Positions 57,275-64,000 of a DNA stretch of 64,000 nucleotides are shown piece by piece (position 1 is the stretch's first letter; each line of letters begins with the position of its first letter). Under the pieces are notes generated by a model, which was not told where the DNA came from, did not search any database, and saw nothing but the letters and a program-made list of their open reading frames with translations. Made by a program: the position numbers and the translations under genes. The DNA is from the human T2T-CHM13v2.0 reference genome, Homo sapiens, in the NCBI RefSeq assembly GCF_009914755.1, contig NC_060926.1; one strand, given 5' to 3'.

Positions 57275-57988
57275 CTAGATACTTAATCTCATTTAACATC
57301 CAACCCCCTAAGAAATCTTGAAGTGGCATTATTATATTCATTTTACTGATGAAAAAACAAACTCAGAAAAGTCACACCATTACCAGGTAAAACAATAACA
57401 GAAACAAGATGGGAACCCAGTTCTATCTGAATATATAACATATTTTTATAATAACTAAACTACTATTGTTTCTCCTTACTGTATGCTGTTGTAAGCTTTA
57501 TGACACCTGGGCTGGTCCATGTGAAACATAGATATATATTATGTATTATCTGAGGACCCATGAGATTTTAGAGTGAAGCCAAGGGAAAAAAAAATATGCC
57601 AAGCTTTAGCCCTGGATCATATAGGGAGGCATGTAACATTACAACTGTTAAATAATCTAAAACCAAGTAATTTTTCCTCAGAAATAAATCCTTCTTTGAA
57701 TTTTCTTACTTATTTTTGTCATTACCACTGTTCTAGTCACCCAGGTTTAAAATTCTTACACTTAATGAAGGTATAATTAGGGCATATAAGTTAATAATGT
57801 GATAAGGGCTGTGCTAAGTATATGATCAACATTGAGGAGCACAAAAGATTTCAGAATTAATTCTGTGGGGTGAGAGGTTTGGTGAAGGTTTTTCAAAGTA
57901 AGATATTAGCTGGGCATTGACTGAGTCCTGTTTTGCCCAGAGAATTAAGGGAAGGGCCTTCTGAATAGCAGACAGAAGTTTGAAAATA

Positions 57989-59092
<1,104 letters not shown>

Positions 59093-59154
59093 TATATAAA
59101 TTTTCTCTCTGCATCCAATGAATTACCAGCTTATCTGGTTGTTCTTTCATAATA

Positions 59155-59459
<305 letters not shown>

Positions 59460-59712
59460 TGTCTGCTCATTTTCTACGATTAATCACCTTATATATGTAT
59501 TACTATGAAAGCTCTGATTTAACAGTTTTTTCCTCCAGTTAAATTCTCATAGACACCACTAACAGATTAACTTAAAATACCTTTTACATGACCATAGAAA
59601 CTTCAGAAGTTCCCACTGCCTCTGAAAATACGAAGTTCAAAATGAAAGCCTCCCACAATCGCAGAACTATATACTATGTATACCTAAATTTCCCTCTAGA
59701 ACAACCAAGTCA

Positions 59713-60088
<376 letters not shown>

Positions 60089-60335
60089 TTACTGGGTATA
60101 AAAGGTAGGGCCTCTGGAAGGCATTGGGATGACAGTTTTCGGTCAGTCTCAAATCTTTAGTTTACAGGACAGCCAGACATAGACATAGAAGGCTAACATT
60201 AGAAGGTATCTGTCCCATAAACCAGACTGTAAACATACTTATTGTTTGGAGGAAGGCTGAAGAAAGAGCTTAAGCTGGGCCTTGATTGACTAGAATGGAA
60301 AACTACCAAAGAAAAAGAAGAGAAATAGAAGAAAA

Positions 60336-60337
<2 letters not shown>

Positions 60338-60380
<43 letters not shown>
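60338..60380. repeat. (CA)n microsatellite
   Basis: About 21 units. Confidence 0.97.
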
Positions 60381-60382
<2 letters not shown>

Positions 60383-60606
60383 GGGAAGTGAGGGGAAATG
60401 AATGGATACTGTTAAAAAGGTCTTGTTCAATTCAACATCTACTGAGCACCATGTGCCAAACAGAAACAATGTATTCTCCATGAAACAGGAGCCAAGGGCA
60501 GAACTTTTCTTGGCTCTTAAGCCAGCCCCTTCTCAAAGTAGACAATTGGGGATTGACACAAAATAGGCATTCAAAGCATTAAATGAATAACATAATTTCA
60601 TTACTA

Positions 60607-61719
<1,113 letters not shown>

Positions 61720-62369
61720 TATCTGGAAATGTTATAAAAGCTATAAAGGCATCATTATTATATAAATGTTCAGCTAGTTACATACAGAAATATACCACCA
61801 GAATACTCTGCTCCTGATTCAATCACTTGTCTAAATGCAGCCAGAGTGATTTTCAAAACACAGATCTAAACATGTCACCCCTTACTTAAATTCTTCAATG
61901 GAATCCCATTTTTCTTAGGATACACCAATTCCTTCACGGGCATATGAGAACTTGCATGGCCTCATCCCCATCTATCTATCCAGTCTTTTCCACTCTACCC
62001 CAGCATCACTTTTTATTCCCATTTTCCCTGCTGTAGTTAATTCCTACTTAGCATTCAGTTCTCAGCTCAATTGTCACTTGCTAGGGCAAAGTCCCCCATT
62101 ATGGTTACTCATAGTACCTTGTACTTCTTTGGGGGGAATTTATAACAGTTTTAGTTTTACATCTGTGTGATTAATGTCAAGCTCTATCATAGACTATAAA
62201 CTCTAAAAAGGCAGAGATTTTACTTTAAAATGTCCTACGTTCTATAATATGTTATTTAATAAAAAATTTACACACATGTATAATTTTAAATACTTCTAGC
62301 CTAAGAGATAAATCTAGGAATGGTAGCATTTACCCTCCAAGGCATTACTATTTTACAGCCCATAAAACA

Positions 62370-62685
<316 letters not shown>

Positions 62686-62861
62686 CTATAAAACATCTAT
62701 ATTTAAACAGAGACCTAATCATTCTAAGTCACTGTTTATCTGTAAAATATGGATAACCTGAAAGATAAGTTGTCCATAGTAAGTGAAAAACATATATAAA
62801 GTTTTCAAAACAATGTATGGTATGTGGTAAGTGCTAAATAACTGGTGCCTATGAATAATAA

Positions 62862-63255
<394 letters not shown>

Positions 63256-63432
63256 TGAGGGGATAAAAGAGATTCAAGAGCCTGTTACATCTTTTGTTAC
63301 AATTTTTAAGGTGATTATATCATTCTTAAGTTTCCCCCCATTATTTACTGTAGCCCAGATTTCCTTATTATTTTTTAAGACATATACAAGCCATTATAAG
63401 ATGTATTTAAAATGGACAGATACATAAAATTT

Positions 63433-63807
63433 ATCTTAAAATGCATATTTTATTTCAGTAGTCAATGACCATCAATCAAATAAAGGAAAGAAAACTAATT
63501 TCTTGAAGAAAGACAAATCTATGGAGTGGTTTACAGGAAGTGAAGAATGAGATGGCCCAACTAAACCAATTTGGAATCATTAACTACAAAATGTCAAACT
63601 AACTGCAAGACAAGTGTCAAAATGGGATGTTTAAGCAGTTTTGCTATGTTATACATCTTTTAGTTGTTATTTTCAAAATTATATGTATAAGTTATATAAG
63701 TCATAGTAATAGCTAAAAATGCCAATCTATGGAAGCAGTGATTTTCAATATAAAGTTCTATTTTGATATTTTTCCATCTTCAAGTCAGTTACTGTCATCT
63801 GGAGTAC
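63433..63807 (-). other. TRMT61B: TRMT61B 3'UTR (end estimated) with AATAAA at 63449-63454
   Basis: Plus-strand TTTATT at 63449-63454 reads AATAAA on the minus strand, about 355 nt after the stop. Confidence 0.65.
63459..63550 (+). CDS. SPDYA: Speedy A terminal coding exon of the long 313-aa isoform (A2)
   Basis: Acceptor ttttatttcAG ending 63458. Translates (V)VNDHQSNKGKKTNFLKKDKSMEWFTGSEE*. Exon sum 235+59+86+172+298+92 = 942 nt = 313 aa plus stop. Confidence 0.93.
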
Positions 63808-63851
63808 TCAGTTAAGTTGTGGTTTGACCTTCCTCAACTTGACAAGAAAAG
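63808..63851 (-). CDS. TRMT61B: TRMT61B last coding exon
   Basis: After an 85-nt GT-AG intron (63852-63936) it reads (A)FLVKLRKVKPQLN* with TGA at 63808-63810. Confidence 0.92.
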
Positions 63852-63936
63852 CTAATTTAAGAGAAGAAAAACATAAAGTCATTATATTAATTAAAAGAAA
63901 AAACACCATTTAATATGTTCTGAAAACATTACTCAC

Positions 63937-64000
63937 CTGTATGACCAGGTTGCCAGTGTACTGGTCTAGCAACATAGGGAAATGATCCATATGGAAAATC
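63937..64000 (-). CDS. TRMT61B: Mitochondrial tRNA m1A58 methyltransferase, penultimate exon (partial, continues beyond the window)
   Basis: Reverse strand reads DFPYGSFPYVARPVHWQPGHT(A) then donor CAG|GTGAGT. The RP...GHT(A)FL motif is typical of the Trm61/GCD14 C-terminus. Confidence 0.92.

Noticed and set aside
63479-63484. AATAAA in the SPDYA terminal exon
   Set aside because: It lies within coding sequence (Asn-Lys codons), upstream of the stop.

Overview
Human-type (primate) genomic DNA, dense in Alu repeats, recognisable from the encoded peptides as the PPP1CB-SPDYA-TRMT61B locus (human 2p23, from recall). It holds the last three coding exons and long 3'UTR of PPP1CB (+) and the whole coding region of SPDYA (Speedy/RINGO A, +). 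SPDYA starts at a CpG-island promoter near 24.1-25.0 kb and has two C-terminal isoforms of 286 and 313 aa, both reconstructed here. The last two exons of TRMT61B (-) overlap the SPDYA terminal exon tail-to-tail. The rest is about 60 Alus, L1, L2, MIR, DNA transposon relics and microsatellites; nearly all entries in the ORF track are Alu/L1 translations. I see no clearly new gene system. The most interesting observations are: (1) PPP1CB exon 7 can splice in frame into the first coding exon of SPDYA, predicting a 612-aa phosphatase/CDK-activator read-through protein; (2) one 10-bp stretch serves as both the SPDYA splice acceptor and the putative TRMT61B poly(A) signal; (3) an orphan non-repeat insertion with all the hallmarks of L1-mediated target-primed reverse transcription at 51.4 kb; (4) an L1 relic that supplies the acceptor of a SPDYA coding exon. 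Repeat subfamilies and repeat ends are by-eye estimates.
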